From TPA_inf: Saccharomyces (Eukaryota), in assembly GCA_000146045.2 (NCBI GenBank), contig BK006943.2, positions 128,001-192,000 of the forward strand: a DNA stretch of 64,000 nt. Direction: 5' to 3'. Made by a program: the position numbers and the translations under genes. The notes beneath the pieces were generated by a model. The model was not told the DNA's origin. It saw only the letters and a list, made by a program, of their open reading frames with translations, and did no database searches. This document shows, piece after piece, positions 1-11,565 of the stretch; within the stretch, counting starts at the first letter, position 1, and every line of letters starts with the position of its first letter.

Positions 1-952
1 AAGAATCCATTTTGGTCAACTCATCTAGAATCATGCCTAATTTATCCATACTTGGTAAGTTGCAATGGCTGCCAATACAAAAGACTGATAAGCATGGTAA
101 AACGCCCGATTCTGATATCAAATCGTCATCCGTAATAAGGTTTAGTTTCTTCAGGAAGAAGTAAAATCTTCGTAACAGTATCGACCTAGAATTCGAAAAT
201 GCGTCGGAAACCAATAAATTATCCAGAAAATGTAATACAATTTTATTAATTTTTCGTAATGAAGACGATTTTTCTAAACTTATCCTGTACGGTATCCTGT
301 CTCGTGTTGTCGGTAAGAATTCTTTAAAATATTCGATGGCTTCAATAACCGCTTTTGAAATACTGATGACATCCTGATGAATATCATCCATTATATCAAC
401 CAAATTTTCCTCTAGCTCAGACAAACTTTTGTGAATGTACTCCAAAGTGATACTTCTTCTGGAAGTGAAACTGTTTTCTCTCGCATTTTCTGAAGTGGCT
501 AATGTTGAGGACGTTGAAGAGCTGACGTCTAAAGTATTCTGCGTATCCTGAGATTCCTCCTCCTTAACAGGACTCAAGAAGCTCACCGCTCTTAATGGTT
601 TCCCAACATCTTTGAAACCCTGTAAATTTTTACTATTCTTAGATCCACTATGTCCGCTACTGTGACTACGCATTTCTGATGTGGCCATACTAGAAGAGGC
701 TCCCGTTCCGTAAGTCATTCTTCCTCTAGAAAATATGGATGACGATTGTATGGACGAACCAAAAGTCGTAGACGCATCATCATTGTTTGCATTTTCAGGG
801 TTCGTATCATGACTGTTTGGGTCTATTCTTTCTTCATTTCCAGATACGTTGCTAGACGACGTTTCTGCTGCGTTTTGTTCATTGTCTGCAGGCAAGTCTG
901 TATTTTCCTTTTCTTCGTTCTTTTTCTTGTTTAAACCAAAAAATCTGACCAT
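1..952 (-). CDS. SSY5: SPS-sensor endoprotease Ssy5, N-terminal part; the C-terminus lies beyond the window start
   Basis: Minus-strand ORF open to the window edge, absent from the ORF track because it has no stop in the window. It begins with ATG (complement of 950..952) and translates as MVRFFGLNKKKNEEKENTDLPADNEQ..., which I recognise as the Ssy5 prodomain. Its position next to FBP26 matches chromosome X synteny. Confidence 0.7.
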   Translation of the reverse strand, partial: MVRFFGLNKKKNEEKENTDLPADNEQNAAETSSSNVSGNEERIDPNSHDTNPENANNDDASTTFGSSIQSSSIFSRGRMTYGTGASSSMATSEMRSHSSGHSGSKNSKNLQGFKDVGKPLRAVSFLSPVKEEESQDTQNTLDVSSSTSSTLATSENARENSFTSRRSITLEYIHKSLSELEENLVDIMDDIHQDVISISKAVIEAIEYFKEFLPTTRDRIPYRISLEKSSSLRKINKIVLHFLDNLLVSDAFSNSRSILLRRFYFFLKKLNLITDDDLISESGVLPCLSVFCIGSHCNLPSMDKLGMILDELTKMDS

Positions 953-1284
953 CGGTATATCGAGTTTACACCAGTACTATGTACATGCAAAAAGAAAGGA
1001 GGATATCTAGTATGTTTATTCAACCTTTATTGTATATTTACGTTTTCTGTACTGTATAATTTCATTTTCGAATCTTACTTTTTTTTTTTTACTCAAAAAT
1101 ACTTCCGCCGCGGCGTTCTACAATTTCACTTAAAATTAGTTTGGGTAATAATTACATACAATGCTGCAGACGTACATAAAAAACCATCAATGCTACGTTT
1201 CCTGATCTTTTCGTACATAAAAGATTGTGCGTATCAGCCACAAGTAAGCTTGGACTTAAGATACACAAAAATAAAAAGTAAAAT

Positions 1285-2643
1285 TTAAAATTTGTCTTCC
1301 AAAGGAGAGTCATTGAGCAGTTGATGAAGTTTAGTTGAGCTTTGAGAAAGCTCACCTACTTGGCTTGTACCCTTCTCTTTATATGTACTCACTGCAGGGA
1401 TGTTTGCTTTAATTTTGGTGACCTTTGTGCCATAGGCCCTAGGCTCCAGCTTGATCAATGTGTGTAGTGGGATTGACATCCAAGGGGATTCCTCCTGTGG
1501 AACGTTCATAAAATATGCATATATACACCGAAGTACGGCTTGATGAGTTATAATGAGAACATTTTCTTGGCGCTCCAATTCCATAATGACGGGCTCTAAA
1601 CGAATCACTACATCTCTGTATGATTCTCCACCACGATATCTGTACTCGTATTTGTCATTATCACGTGCTTTAAAATCTTCAGGATATTCTTTTTCAATTT
1701 CCTCATACGTCATTCCGTCACAAACGCCAGCGTCTAATTCATCAAGTGCTTTCCATTGCAGTTTCTTATAGGGAAGATAATTTGCCGTTTGTTGTGTTCT
1801 TTTTAAGGTGGAAGTCCACACGGTCAAATTTATTTCTCCTGCGCTCTCTTTCACTAACTGCTCCAATTTTTTAGCGTACTGAAAGCCTCTTTCAGACAGT
1901 GATGAATCCCCGCCAATTTTTTTCTCTACGTTATAGATCGATTCGCCGTGACGGGAGAGCCAGATATATTTTGGTTTAGGACGAATATTCATAACATAAA
2001 ATACAATCCTACTTTCCAAATATGTTCTGATCTTATTAATTACTACTTCTTCAATAATATTGACCAACTTAATGAACGTCATATCCTTATCTTTTTGGGG
2101 GTCCAAAGGTTCATAAAATCTTTCATATTGTCTAATTCTTTCCAAAAAATCAGCTTCCGCCACATGAGGTTCAGAGTTTTCATAATCAGGAGATGTGCTA
2201 CCGATATCCTTAGCGTTATTTATAATCAGTTCATGATCGTTACTCCAGCTCTCTAAAAACATCGGTTGAATATTATTCTTTTCACATATATCTTTAAGCC
2301 ATTTCCTTCTTTTACGTGTACTATTAGTAGCATCGAAAACTGCCACAGATCCGTCTTCTTTAGTAAAAAAATTAACAATATCTTTTATGGCATTTTGGGC
2401 AGCCAATTCTCTGAGTTTAAAATTATCTGTATTTTCGAAGTTAAAAAACTCAGCATCCATTGGGACATTTCCACTCACGTCTCTTCTGTAATTTCCCACA
2501 TTAAAACACTTGGCTTTTATGGATAACCACGATAAGTACCTGATAATTTTTTGGGAAATAAAAGACTTTCCTCTAGCTGGTAGGCCAACCATTATCACAC
2601 ATACTTTGATATCATTATCGTTGGAAATAGTACTGTACCCCAT
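1285..2643 (-). CDS. FBP26: fructose-2,6-bisphosphatase
   Basis: 452-aa ORF. It has an N-terminal 6PF2K-like P-loop (GLPARGKS) and a C-terminal histidine-phosphatase domain (RHGES). The length matches FBP26. Confidence 0.9.
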   Translation of the reverse strand: MGYSTISNDNDIKVCVIMVGLPARGKSFISQKIIRYLSWLSIKAKCFNVGNYRRDVSGNVPMDAEFFNFENTDNFKLRELAAQNAIKDIVNFFTKEDGSVAVFDATNSTRKRRKWLKDICEKNNIQPMFLESWSNDHELIINNAKDIGSTSPDYENSEPHVAEADFLERIRQYERFYEPLDPQKDKDMTFIKLVNIIEEVVINKIRTYLESRIVFYVMNIRPKPKYIWLSRHGESIYNVEKKIGGDSSLSERGFQYAKKLEQLVKESAGEINLTVWTSTLKRTQQTANYLPYKKLQWKALDELDAGVCDGMTYEEIEKEYPEDFKARDNDKYEYRYRGGESYRDVVIRLEPVIMELERQENVLIITHQAVLRCIYAYFMNVPQEESPWMSIPLHTLIKLEPRAYGTKVTKIKANIPAVSTYKEKGTSQVGELSQSSTKLHQLLNDSPLEDKF

Positions 2644-3100
2644 GTTTCTTGTCTTACTTGATTCGGTTTTTGAGCCCCCTTTCCTTTATTTCTTAACAAA
2701 CTTGCTTGGTGAATTTAAGAGCGAAGGGAAAGCAAAGATTATATATTAAATTCGTATCCACTGGCCAAAATGATACTTTACCTGATGTAAATGTATGATA
2801 AGCTATAGCTCTCTTAGTGGCGCTTTACATGTAGATGTAAGTTAGGGATAAGAATAGATTTGTGAGCGCATTGGCGCGACCCATTTTTTTAACACAGAAA
2901 AAAAGTAAAAAATAGAAATTACCCAATTAAGTGTTTTTATAGTAAACAATCCTTGATATCTTAGTTGAAAATAAACTCGAATTATGTACAAGTTTCCTTC
3001 CACTTAATCTATGATCCTTCTTTAGGTAAATTTTTATTAGCTTTATTTGTGTAGTTTTTTTTTATCTTGGGCATGTACGAAGAGCAAGTACGTTATTTAA

Positions 3101-5935
3101 CTATACATATATGACTTTGAAACGATCGTCAACTTCTCTTTGACTTTCAATGTACTCACAAGTGCGTCGAAAATGGTGGATTGGGATATACTTCAGTTGG
3201 TGCAGTAATTTACTACCTGAAGCAGTTGCTACGACTCCGCGTATTAGCGTGGAAGATCCGTTCAGAGTATTTAATTGAATATACGTACCATCCGATCCTA
3301 TGGCAACATTTGATTCCTTATCTGTGATTACAGAGCCATCGTCAGCATTACTGCTTGCCTTCACATTATTTTCTCCGGTGATGTGCAAATCACTGATTGA
3401 GTTGGTAATCATAGAGGCACTGTTATCTTCTAGTTTTAGCGATTTTAAGTTTGTTTTGATTAGTTCGATCAGACCATTGATGTATTTTATCGATATATGA
3501 GTTTCGGACTCATCCCCGTGAATAAAATAGTAGAGGCATCTATTTAATATTTCGACCATTAGCTCACAACTCTGTTCGTTATCCATTATAGAATCCGCCA
3601 CACGGAGAGACCTTTGTAGACATTCTAACACCCGTTTACCATCTCTGTAGAAGTTGTCTGTGATACCTTCTTCCTCACCAATATTTGAAATTTCCGTTGC
3701 CCACCAGAGGTGGGAGCATAAATAAACAGCACGACATTGGTCTTGTTTCTTTAATAATTTGGATCCATGGAGTGTGCATCTGACAATCAAAGAATCATAA
3801 TAAGCTTCTTTGTAGAGTGATCTTGTCTTTTGTAAAGACTGAGCAATATATATTAAAGCCTGTAACTGAGTCTTTGAATCACTTAGAGACTCTTCAAATA
3901 TTGTGAAGGCCTGTGAGAAAAAATCATATGAAATTTCGTTTAATTGCAATTGATCAGCTAGAATGGCACATTGTAAATTCAGTTTCAGAATCAGATCTGT
4001 GCATGAGTTGTTGCAAGAATTAAAGATATCATTGATACAACGAGAAACAAATTTAAACATTTGCTTTAAAAGATTGGAATAATGGGAAAGTAACGTCTTG
4101 TTATCGGGTCTTTTTTTCAAAAGGTACTCTTGTATCATACGGCATTTCCTCATCAGTTTCCAAAAATTTGTGATTATTGCTGGAAAAGTGTATTTAACAT
4201 TGATGCCACCTTTAATGAACGAAGATTTAATAAGAAGTAATATTTCCAATTGGGCTTCTAAGCTAAATTGAATTTTGTTTTTCATTGTTTGTTTCCGAGA
4301 AGTAGTGTTCATTATCCAATGAATCAAATGTGCCAACTTTTCCTGTATTGGGTCCAGTATCCAGGATTCTTCTTCATCATGTCGATTAAAAAACACTTCG
4401 TCTACATTTGTATCCGAGGATGCAACATTTGCGGGCGGTCCGCTTCTTGATATTATTAAGGGCTCACAGATTGAAAGCAGGCGCTGAACTTGGAGTTTGT
4501 CCTCAATAACTAAATAAGCGGAATGCCCTGGAGGATGCAGTTTCGATTCTGAATCATTATCGGCCATTTCTTCCACTTCTCTATCCATTAAGATGTCAAT
4601 AATTTCATTGACAACTTTTTTTTGTAGACTAATGCTCTGCAAAGCCAGGATGTTTTTGTAAGCCTGGCACTGGGAGATTAATTGAAAGATAAAATGCTTT
4701 TTCGAAGTAACTGGTGAGTTTGGTGGCGCAGTGGTCGATGAGGTTAGCTGAAGTTTACTATTCTGGAAAGATAACAGAACCAAAAATAAATGCTCGGACT
4801 CTAAAGAAATATTTTTCTGACCATAATCCTTAGTTTTTTGTAAGACTAATTCAAAGAGTTTGTTCAAATTATCAAAATTATTAGGATACCATTTCAAACT
4901 TAAAACAATCACACTCTCAACTAGAGGAATAAACTGTTGTAATGATAGATCTGGTCTTTCATGATTCAATACGGTCAAATAGTCCCAGAACGTACCAAAC
5001 ACGTCCATATCTAAATAAGCATTCGTGGAGGTGGCGTTTGGATCGTCCTCCAACTGTCTTGTAACATAATCGTTTAATCGATCGACCAAAGTGAGAACAA
5101 TCTTGTTTATCGAAACATCAGGGTTCAAATGCAAAGTAGTTTGCAGTAAAGTATCCAAGGTTTTCAAATGGAACTCGTCTGCGAACACTTGGCAGATGAC
5201 GTCCAAAAGATATTCTTGGGATACTAAATCTCTACATTGTATGACTTGTTCCAAAATGGTGGGAAGAATATCTTGCTTATACATTTGGAAATTATCATCA
5301 ATAATCTGCGAAAGACGTACTAGTTGAGACCCCACTAAAATTTGCAGCTCTTTTCTTTCACGTGTTCTGGTTTCCCTCTCACGAAGTGGCCCCTGGTGTT
5401 GTAATCTCACCCACAACTTGTTCATCTCGATGAAATTATTCATAATAAATTGAGAGTTAAACGACGGATCGTCCTCCGGAAGTAATTCTTTGGTTCTCTG
5501 GGATAAATAATAGCGTAAAAACAAACCTCTTATTGGGTTTTGCACACCACGACACATCTCAATCATATCCTTTAAGATTTCCTTCTTGGGCGCTTCATTG
5601 AAAGTGAGATAGCTGGTCCCAACTGTGATCATCAAGTAAAGCCTGGGTACCACGTTACCGGTATATTGAACCAACTCATAAAGATCAGCTAAGTGGTGAT
5701 TTTGAGGATGGTTTTCTATGAGGTACGTAGATAGATTAGTCAATGAGTCGAAAATAATGACATAAAGTTCGTAGTATTTCTTCGGCGATAAGTTTGGATT
5801 TCTCAATTCGGTCAACATTATGGAAGTATGCTGTAATGATTCCATTAGTTTGTGTTGAGATAGACACCGGTTCATTAGTGCGGTTCGCTGCTTGATAACA
5901 GCGATCGCATTTTCTGGTGAGTCCGCATACGCCAT
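3101..5935 (-). CDS. VPS35: retromer subunit Vps35
   Basis: The track ORF is 964 aa and starts at a non-ATG codon. The first ATG gives [15 protein letters not shown]..., a 944-aa protein matching Vps35. Confidence 0.9.
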
Positions 5936-6112
5936 TGTGTTTTTCAGCTTCTTCTTTCTCGTCCTCCTCCTTTTATCGTTATATATTAACTTCACTGGGC
6001 CTTGTTGAGTGGTCGCACATACACCACCTTCTTTTTTTTTTTCTCTCTTTTCTTCTCTTTACTGAGGTGGCCCTTGAATAAATACAGCACTTTCTCGCAT
6101 CTACCTCAACTG

Positions 6113-6136
6113 AAAAAAAAAAAAAAAAATAAAAAA
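6113..6136. repeat. poly(dA:dT) tract between VPS35 and INO1
   Basis: About 17 A, then T, then 6 A. It lies in the VPS35 promoter and INO1 3' region and is typical of a nucleosome-excluding element. Confidence 0.8.
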
Positions 6137-6331
6137 CGCCCCTTTAAGACGAAGTGACAAAGAGGCAATAGTTCAAAAGAAAAAAAAAAAATATAAAGAC
6201 TGTTGATAGTTGAATTTTTATAAACGTTATGTTAAGTATATGTATTGATGGAAGGGATAATAGGATAATGGTGAATGTCTTGTTTTTTTATAGGTAGGCG
6301 GAAAAAGAAAAAGAGAGTCGTTGAAATGAGA

Positions 6332-7933
6332 TTACAACAATCTCTCTTCGAATCTTAGTTCGTTTTGAGAAGGCAATCCAATCAACAATCTTAAAAAATT
6401 TTCTAAGGCGGTTCTTTGCTTGTTTAAGCCATTCACCGGGTGAAATCCTGGTCTTGTTAATGGAGCTTTTAACCAGTAACTCAAGAAGGTTAAAACTGGA
6501 TAAAAGTTCTCGAATTTGCCAGCATCTTCTTTAACTGGGTCCACCTTCTTATAGGACACTCTTGTACAAAACTCAGTCATGACTAAAAGATCGATGATCA
6601 AGGGCGTAGCCAGTAAAGAATCTTCGCAAACATTGTGAATGGAAATCCGGTTATGGCCACCTAACATCAACTCACTGTAATACTCGTCCATTGCCACTTT
6701 TGAGTCCCCGACGGGCTTCATATATTTGATGACAATGCAGTGGTCAACTTTTTTACCCAGTTTATCATTGTACAAGATATCATTAGACGCGATGATGTCA
6801 TCTATGACAGAACTTTTGGAAATCTCCTTAGACCTAAATTGTTTTGGAGCAGATAAGTTATAACCGTCATTATTGCCTAAATGGTTATAGGATGCAATGG
6901 AGACCGGTTTAATACCTGCATCCACTAAGAACTGGGCCAGAACAGACTTCAACTTGGTTTGTCCCGACTTGAGATCGTCTCCCGCAATGAATGTACCCTC
7001 ATGCTCAGCCAGCTGAACCAAGCCGGGAACAAAAGTATTCTGCGGTGAACCATTAATATAGGGGACACCTTCCAAGATAGATGCTGCTGCAAAGATCGTG
7101 GAAGGAGCAATCTCTTCATGGTCATTCTTAATAGACTGCAAGAGGTTTTCCATGGTGTCATTAACACCAGGAGATACTTCTACGTACCTCTCAGTATTTG
7201 CAGTCCAAAGAACGATTACTTTATCAAGGGCGTTTTCTTCTTTGAAATTCTGGATATCGCGTCTGATGCGTTGCAGATGGGTCCACTTACCCCTCGTGGT
7301 TACGTTGCCTTTTTCATCCAAATTGATGCAGTTATTGGCTCTCTCATCTTGATTAGCTGCAATGAAATCAGGGTAGTAAATGGAAGGAAGAGGCTTCACC
7401 AAGGACATCTTCGCCTTCAAGCGTTGTTGCAGATCATATTCGAGAACTTGACTTCTCTGCATAGCTTCGTATAGATCTGCGTTATTGATGTCCCAACCAG
7501 AGACGACAAAGTCGTTTGGGCTAACCATGGGCAACAGAGAGTTAAAAGGAGCATAAACGTCATTCCCCTCCGCATCGATACCCAGTTTCAAGGTAGAACA
7601 TTGAGTCATGGAGCCGAAGTAGTTTGGTTGCTTAACGCCTTCCTTAGTTTGAAACTCCACATTGTGCTTATTCGCCAATACCGAGGCCACTAAAGTGGAG
7701 CCATTGTTGCCACCTAACCCAATGAGCATAATTCCTAGTTTTTCCGGCTTTTTCAAGTCAAGTTTGAACACGTAGTCTTGAACAGTGGGCGTTACATCGA
7801 AGCGGCCACTAGCTGTCTTCGTAACTACAGCATTTTCGTAGCTGTACTTGGTGAGCAGCTCGTTGTCCTTGTACGTGCACTTGTCGGTAACTACTTTAAC
7901 GGAGGTGATTGGAGCAATATTATCTTCTGTCAT
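6332..7933 (-). CDS. INO1: inositol-3-phosphate synthase
   Basis: [32 protein letters not shown]... is a 533-aa protein from the ATG at 7931..7933. The track ORF extends upstream through a TTG start. Confidence 0.95.
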   Translation of the reverse strand: MTEDNIAPITSVKVVTDKCTYKDNELLTKYSYENAVVTKTASGRFDVTPTVQDYVFKLDLKKPEKLGIMLIGLGGNNGSTLVASVLANKHNVEFQTKEGVKQPNYFGSMTQCSTLKLGIDAEGNDVYAPFNSLLPMVSPNDFVVSGWDINNADLYEAMQRSQVLEYDLQQRLKAKMSLVKPLPSIYYPDFIAANQDERANNCINLDEKGNVTTRGKWTHLQRIRRDIQNFKEENALDKVIVLWTANTERYVEVSPGVNDTMENLLQSIKNDHEEIAPSTIFAAASILEGVPYINGSPQNTFVPGLVQLAEHEGTFIAGDDLKSGQTKLKSVLAQFLVDAGIKPVSIASYNHLGNNDGYNLSAPKQFRSKEISKSSVIDDIIASNDILYNDKLGKKVDHCIVIKYMKPVGDSKVAMDEYYSELMLGGHNRISIHNVCEDSLLATPLIIDLLVMTEFCTRVSYKKVDPVKEDAGKFENFYPVLTFLSYWLKAPLTRPGFHPVNGLNKQRTALENFLRLLIGLPSQNELRFEERLL

Positions 7934-8050
7934 TGTTACTTCTTTTTCACTGGAAAAAAAAGGGAATGAAACAGAATAAATCAAGGATAAAACTAACATT
8001 AGGAACCCGACAACAGAACAAGCCAAAAAAAGGTGACGAAAGCTCCAATT

Positions 8051-8056
8051 TATATA
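8051..8056. promoter_or_regulatory. probable INO1 TATA element
   Basis: TATATA about 120 bp upstream of the INO1 ATG. Confidence 0.4.
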
Positions 8057-8105
8057 CGTCTCAAATTAACATTGCCGCCAACGCAGAGGTGCGCTTTCTC
8101 TGCTC

Positions 8106-8115
8106 CATGTGAATT
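8106..8115 (+). promoter_or_regulatory. UAS-INO / ICRE element (Ino2-Ino4 E-box) in the INO1 promoter
   Basis: CATGTGAATT matches the 10-bp consensus CATGTGAAAT at 9 of 10 positions. It lies about 175 bp upstream of the INO1 ATG. Confidence 0.7.
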
Positions 8116-8131
8116 AAATAAGTTCAATATT

Positions 8132-8145
8132 CTGGGAAAGAAGGA
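8132..8145 (-). promoter_or_regulatory. candidate INO1 memory recruitment sequence (MRS)
   Basis: Plus-strand ctgggaaagaagga is the reverse complement of TCCTTCTTTCCCAG. It contains TCCTTCTTTCCC, the MRS sequence as I recall it. Confidence 0.45.
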
Positions 8146-8166
8146 TGAAGATAAAATAGACAATAC

Positions 8167-8176
8167 TTTTCACATG
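8167..8176 (-). promoter_or_regulatory. second UAS-INO / ICRE element in the INO1 promoter
   Basis: Plus-strand ttttcacatg is the reverse complement of CATGTGAAAA, a 9 of 10 match. It lies about 235 bp upstream of the INO1 ATG. Confidence 0.7.
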
Positions 8177-8244
8177 CCGCATTTAGCCGCCGAAGCGCAT
8201 ACTTGGCCTCCGCATATTTCACATTCAACACTTTCGATTCCGCA

Positions 8245-8252
8245 TCCAACCC
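8245..8252 (-). promoter_or_regulatory. candidate GRS I DNA zip code (GGGTTGGA) for nuclear-periphery targeting of INO1
   Basis: Plus-strand tccaaccc is the reverse complement of GGGTTGGA, which I recall as GRS I. It lies about 315 bp upstream of the INO1 ATG, where the element was mapped. Confidence 0.5.
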
Positions 8253-8371
8253 CGGAACACCGGCACGTATTTCATAAAAAGGACGTGAAGAACAAAAGGA
8301 ACGAAGAAAAAGGCAATAATTTACTCTATGTGTTATTTAGAACTACGGTGATAAAGAGCTCGTTCCGATCA

Positions 8372-8773
8372 CTAAGTACGGCCGGAAGAGAGCTGTTGTT
8401 TGTTGTCCATCAAGGGCACATCGGCACCGGCCTCATCGTCTTCATCATATGCTGGAGGCTGTGCTTGAGATTCCTCTGCAGGGTGAGCTTCCAGGTCACG
8501 GTCTACGGCGGGCGCAGTCGCATGTCTGCGTGAAAGATCGTACGAACGTTCACTACTCGTTTCATATACAACGTAGCAAGCGTGAATGATTGCTGGGAAG
8601 AATAACAGTAGGAAGAGAAGTAAGTTCAATAGTGTATCCCTGTTGAACATACCCTTACGCTTCCAGACGGCCACTGGGGGAATGAAAACCGCCAAAACCA
8701 TTAACAACAAGTCGTCCTTGTTGATGGAATAGCTCATTCGATGGTCATGGTCATTAATATGGTCTCTGTCCAT
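8372..8773 (-). CDS. SNA3: small MVB-sorted membrane protein (PMP3/UPF0057 family)
   Basis: 133-aa [24 protein letters not shown]..., with two hydrophobic spans and a C-terminal PPAY motif. Confidence 0.9.
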
Positions 8774-8905
8774 TTCTAAATTATATTTGGTTGTTTGCTT
8801 TCTGCTGGGTTTTTATTTTTTAACCTAGCCCCTTTCCTGCAGCTGGCTCATTCGTGCTGTACTCTCTTTCCTTTATATACTAGTGAGACCTTTTCCCCCG
8901 TTCCC

Positions 8906-8934
8906 AAAAAGAAAAAAAAAAAAAAAAAAAGAAA
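8906..8934. repeat. poly(dA:dT) tract between SNA3 and DAS1
   Basis: A5 G A19 G A4 in the SNA3 promoter. Confidence 0.8.
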
Positions 8935-9378
8935 ACGAGCCTTCATCACGTGCATTAAAGAAATAGTAATCCCAACGCACTCATCCGCTATATACATAGC
9001 GAAAAACTATATGCCCACTTCACAAATACGAGTTTGCATGTATAATATATAAGATTTATAAATGTTGTAGGGTGAATGTAAACGTTCAGTAATATACCGG
9101 TATATCTATCAAGATACGATCAATGCAACGCTTTACTGCACTGCACTACACCCCTTTTCCTCTACTTGTTTTTCTTAGTTCCTATTTCCCTCTCAAAATG
9201 CACCTGTTCACCAGAGTATTCTTTCTCATTGCAAGTATTACCCTACTTTATCGTCCCACACAAAGAGGAATATATATAGATTATAAGCGAATTGTAGATT
9301 TCGATGGAGATCTGATTTCCGTGCAAAATATCCAGGACGTCTATACACAGTGTTTACAACTCAGCTTATATTCATATC

Positions 9379-11370
9379 ATGCCATTTCAAGATTATTTTC
9401 AGAAGAAAAAAGCAGCGTTCATTAACAGAAACAATAAAAGTAACGCAGATGCTTCAGCGCTACGAGATATTAACGATATTAACATAAATTTCGCCGCCAA
9501 GAGCAAAAACTACGTGTTCCCGCTAACAAAGCTCCCCGATGAGCTCATGCAAGAAGTATTCTCTCATTTGCCGCAACCAGACCGCTTGCAGCTTTGCCTT
9601 GTGAACAAAAGGTTGAATAAGATCGCTACCAAACTGCTTTATAGAAGAATATATTTGAACGACTCAAATGTAGTGAAGAGTGACTTCATGCATCTCGCAA
9701 TTAATTGGACCCTACTGAACTTGCCGTCTTCGTTGAAAGAAGAGGAGTCCCGCGATATCGCCAACTGCAAATTGAAAAAACTTATAGAAACACTGCAAAA
9801 TAATATTCACATTACTGAAGTCATCCAGTGGATAAGGATCAACTGGGATTTGGACTCTACCTTGCAAAGGTCCATTCTCAGCATCCTTTGCAATCAGGGC
9901 AAGTCCTTGCAAAGACTAGAAAACGTCACTGACCCGGCTTGTAACGATATCATCTCCAATGGTCACTTTTCCAGGAGCAACGTCTCAAGTTTCGACATGG
10001 CTCCTCCAAATTCATTGCCTGAGATGGTTGTTCCCGAAAATTACATTCCGAATCTCACCAAATATCTTTCACAGCGTATCTCTTCTCGGCTTTCTCATAT
10101 GACTTTATTCATCGACCCTTTAAAACTGTTCAATTATCTTTACCCTTTAGATATCAAGTTACAAATCATCGATTTAAAATTGCATTGGAGGAGGGAGTTT
10201 TACAATAATGATTATTTTGTTAAAAAGATACGACCCGGCAATCCTCTGACTAAACTATCGGAGGTTTTTGACAAGAGGACATTGAAAATTCTTACCATCA
10301 TTTCTTGGAATGACACTTTGTTAAAACGCGAGACAGAAATGCTGAAAGATTTTAAAGAATTTGAGAACCTGGAAGATTTGTCTTTGATTTCTATTAAGCA
10401 GGATGTTCATATCCTCGTAGATCTTTTTAGTTCGTTAACCAATTTGAAAAGACTAAAAATGGATTTCTTAGAGGAGTATGTACCTGAACCCACAAATCCT
10501 CACATATTTCTCTCCATTCTTTTAGCTTGCTCCAAATTGCAATTCATAGATCTGAGATACGACGGTCTTATCCCACAAATCATCAATATTCAAGAAAATA
10601 AGTTCCAACTAAATCAGCAATGCAACTGCACAAACTGTCAAATAGTATTCAGTGACATTCTGAAGGGCAAAATATTCATGTTCCCTGAAGACTACTATAT
10701 TCACGATCTTCAAGACATTGCTGCAAAGGATATTTTTAAAATGATGAAATACCTATCTTTGTTACCATACTCTAAAGCTTGTGATGCTTATCCGAGCGTT
10801 AGAACACAACCAATGAATTTGACTAATTTTGTGACCAAGATGAACCGCAACCTTTTGGAATATAGAAATTCTAAATCCCAGTTGGTGCCCAAAATCGTTA
10901 ATAACCCACATCAACACTCCACCGTGACTTCCACATCAACCGCTCATATGAGCGAGCCCGAAATGATAATAATCGATGACGATGATGATGATGATGAAAT
11001 TAATGCGGCCATTCCTCCAAGTAGTGATGACACAGCAGCTACAATTTCCACTGACCTGGAACTTCCTCATGAATCATTGACCAAAAGAGATATTATTATG
11101 TGTTATCACGCTCTTATCCATCACTTCAAGTCGATTTACGTTACTTTTTTGAAAAGTTTTCCTCATTTGAGATTCTTGATGTTGAATGACATTCCCACAA
11201 TAGTTATGGAGGAGAATAATGAACGTATTTTTGAACCCGTCTTTTATCATTATGATTATAAGAGTAATCTGTATGGATGGTCAAAGGAATCGAACAAGAA
11301 TCTGGAGAACGACAGCAACAACAACAATAATAATTCTGATACCATTGCAAGAATAGCCACTGTTATGTAA
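9379..11370 (+). CDS. DAS1: F-box protein
   Basis: 663-aa ORF with an N-terminal F-box (LPDELMQEVFSHLPQPDRLQLCLVNKRLNKI). The length matches YJL149W. Confidence 0.85.
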   Translation: MPFQDYFQKKKAAFINRNNKSNADASALRDINDININFAAKSKNYVFPLTKLPDELMQEVFSHLPQPDRLQLCLVNKRLNKIATKLLYRRIYLNDSNVVKSDFMHLAINWTLLNLPSSLKEEESRDIANCKLKKLIETLQNNIHITEVIQWIRINWDLDSTLQRSILSILCNQGKSLQRLENVTDPACNDIISNGHFSRSNVSSFDMAPPNSLPEMVVPENYIPNLTKYLSQRISSRLSHMTLFIDPLKLFNYLYPLDIKLQIIDLKLHWRREFYNNDYFVKKIRPGNPLTKLSEVFDKRTLKILTIISWNDTLLKRETEMLKDFKEFENLEDLSLISIKQDVHILVDLFSSLTNLKRLKMDFLEEYVPEPTNPHIFLSILLACSKLQFIDLRYDGLIPQIINIQENKFQLNQQCNCTNCQIVFSDILKGKIFMFPEDYYIHDLQDIAAKDIFKMMKYLSLLPYSKACDAYPSVRTQPMNLTNFVTKMNRNLLEYRNSKSQLVPKIVNNPHQHSTVTSTSTAHMSEPEMIIIDDDDDDDEINAAIPPSSDDTAATISTDLELPHESLTKRDIIMCYHALIHHFKSIYVTFLKSFPHLRFLMLNDIPTIVMEENNERIFEPVFYHYDYKSNLYGWSKESNKNLENDSNNNNNNSDTIARIATVM

Positions 11371-11565
11371 TCAACTCCCCTTCAAATATATATATTTAAT
11401 AATATATATTCAACGCATTTTTTAAGCTAGCAGGATTCAGATTACTGGTCTACTTCATATTAAGGAAATACAAGATCCATTCGGATGCTAGAAAAAAATC
11501 AACCAACTATTCCAATGTTGGTAAGCTGGTTTGATAAAGTAAACACAAGATACTACAGTATACGA

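Noticed and set aside
1105-1118. GC-rich palindrome cttCCGCCGCGGCGtt in the SSY5 promoter, resembling a Pdr1/Pdr3 PDRE core (TCCGCGGA).
   Set aside because: The flanking bases are G and C rather than the conserved T and A of PDREs. SSY5 is not a known PDR target. An isolated CCGCGG in 64 kb is unremarkable.
8234-8242. TTCGATTCC, resembling a tRNA T-loop or B-box fragment, in the INO1 promoter.
   Set aside because: It lacks the preceding GG of GGTTCGANTCC. No A-box and no cloverleaf can be drawn from the surrounding sequence.
8033-8533. 166-codon plus-strand ORF spanning the INO1 promoter and the 3' part of SNA3. Overlapping small plus-strand ORFs at 7778..8112 were also considered.
   Set aside because: It uses a non-ATG start in the track. 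It runs antisense through SNA3 and across the mapped INO1 UAS region. Its composition is not protein-like (proline- and histidine-rich runs translated from promoter motifs). It corresponds to the class of dubious overlapping ORFs.
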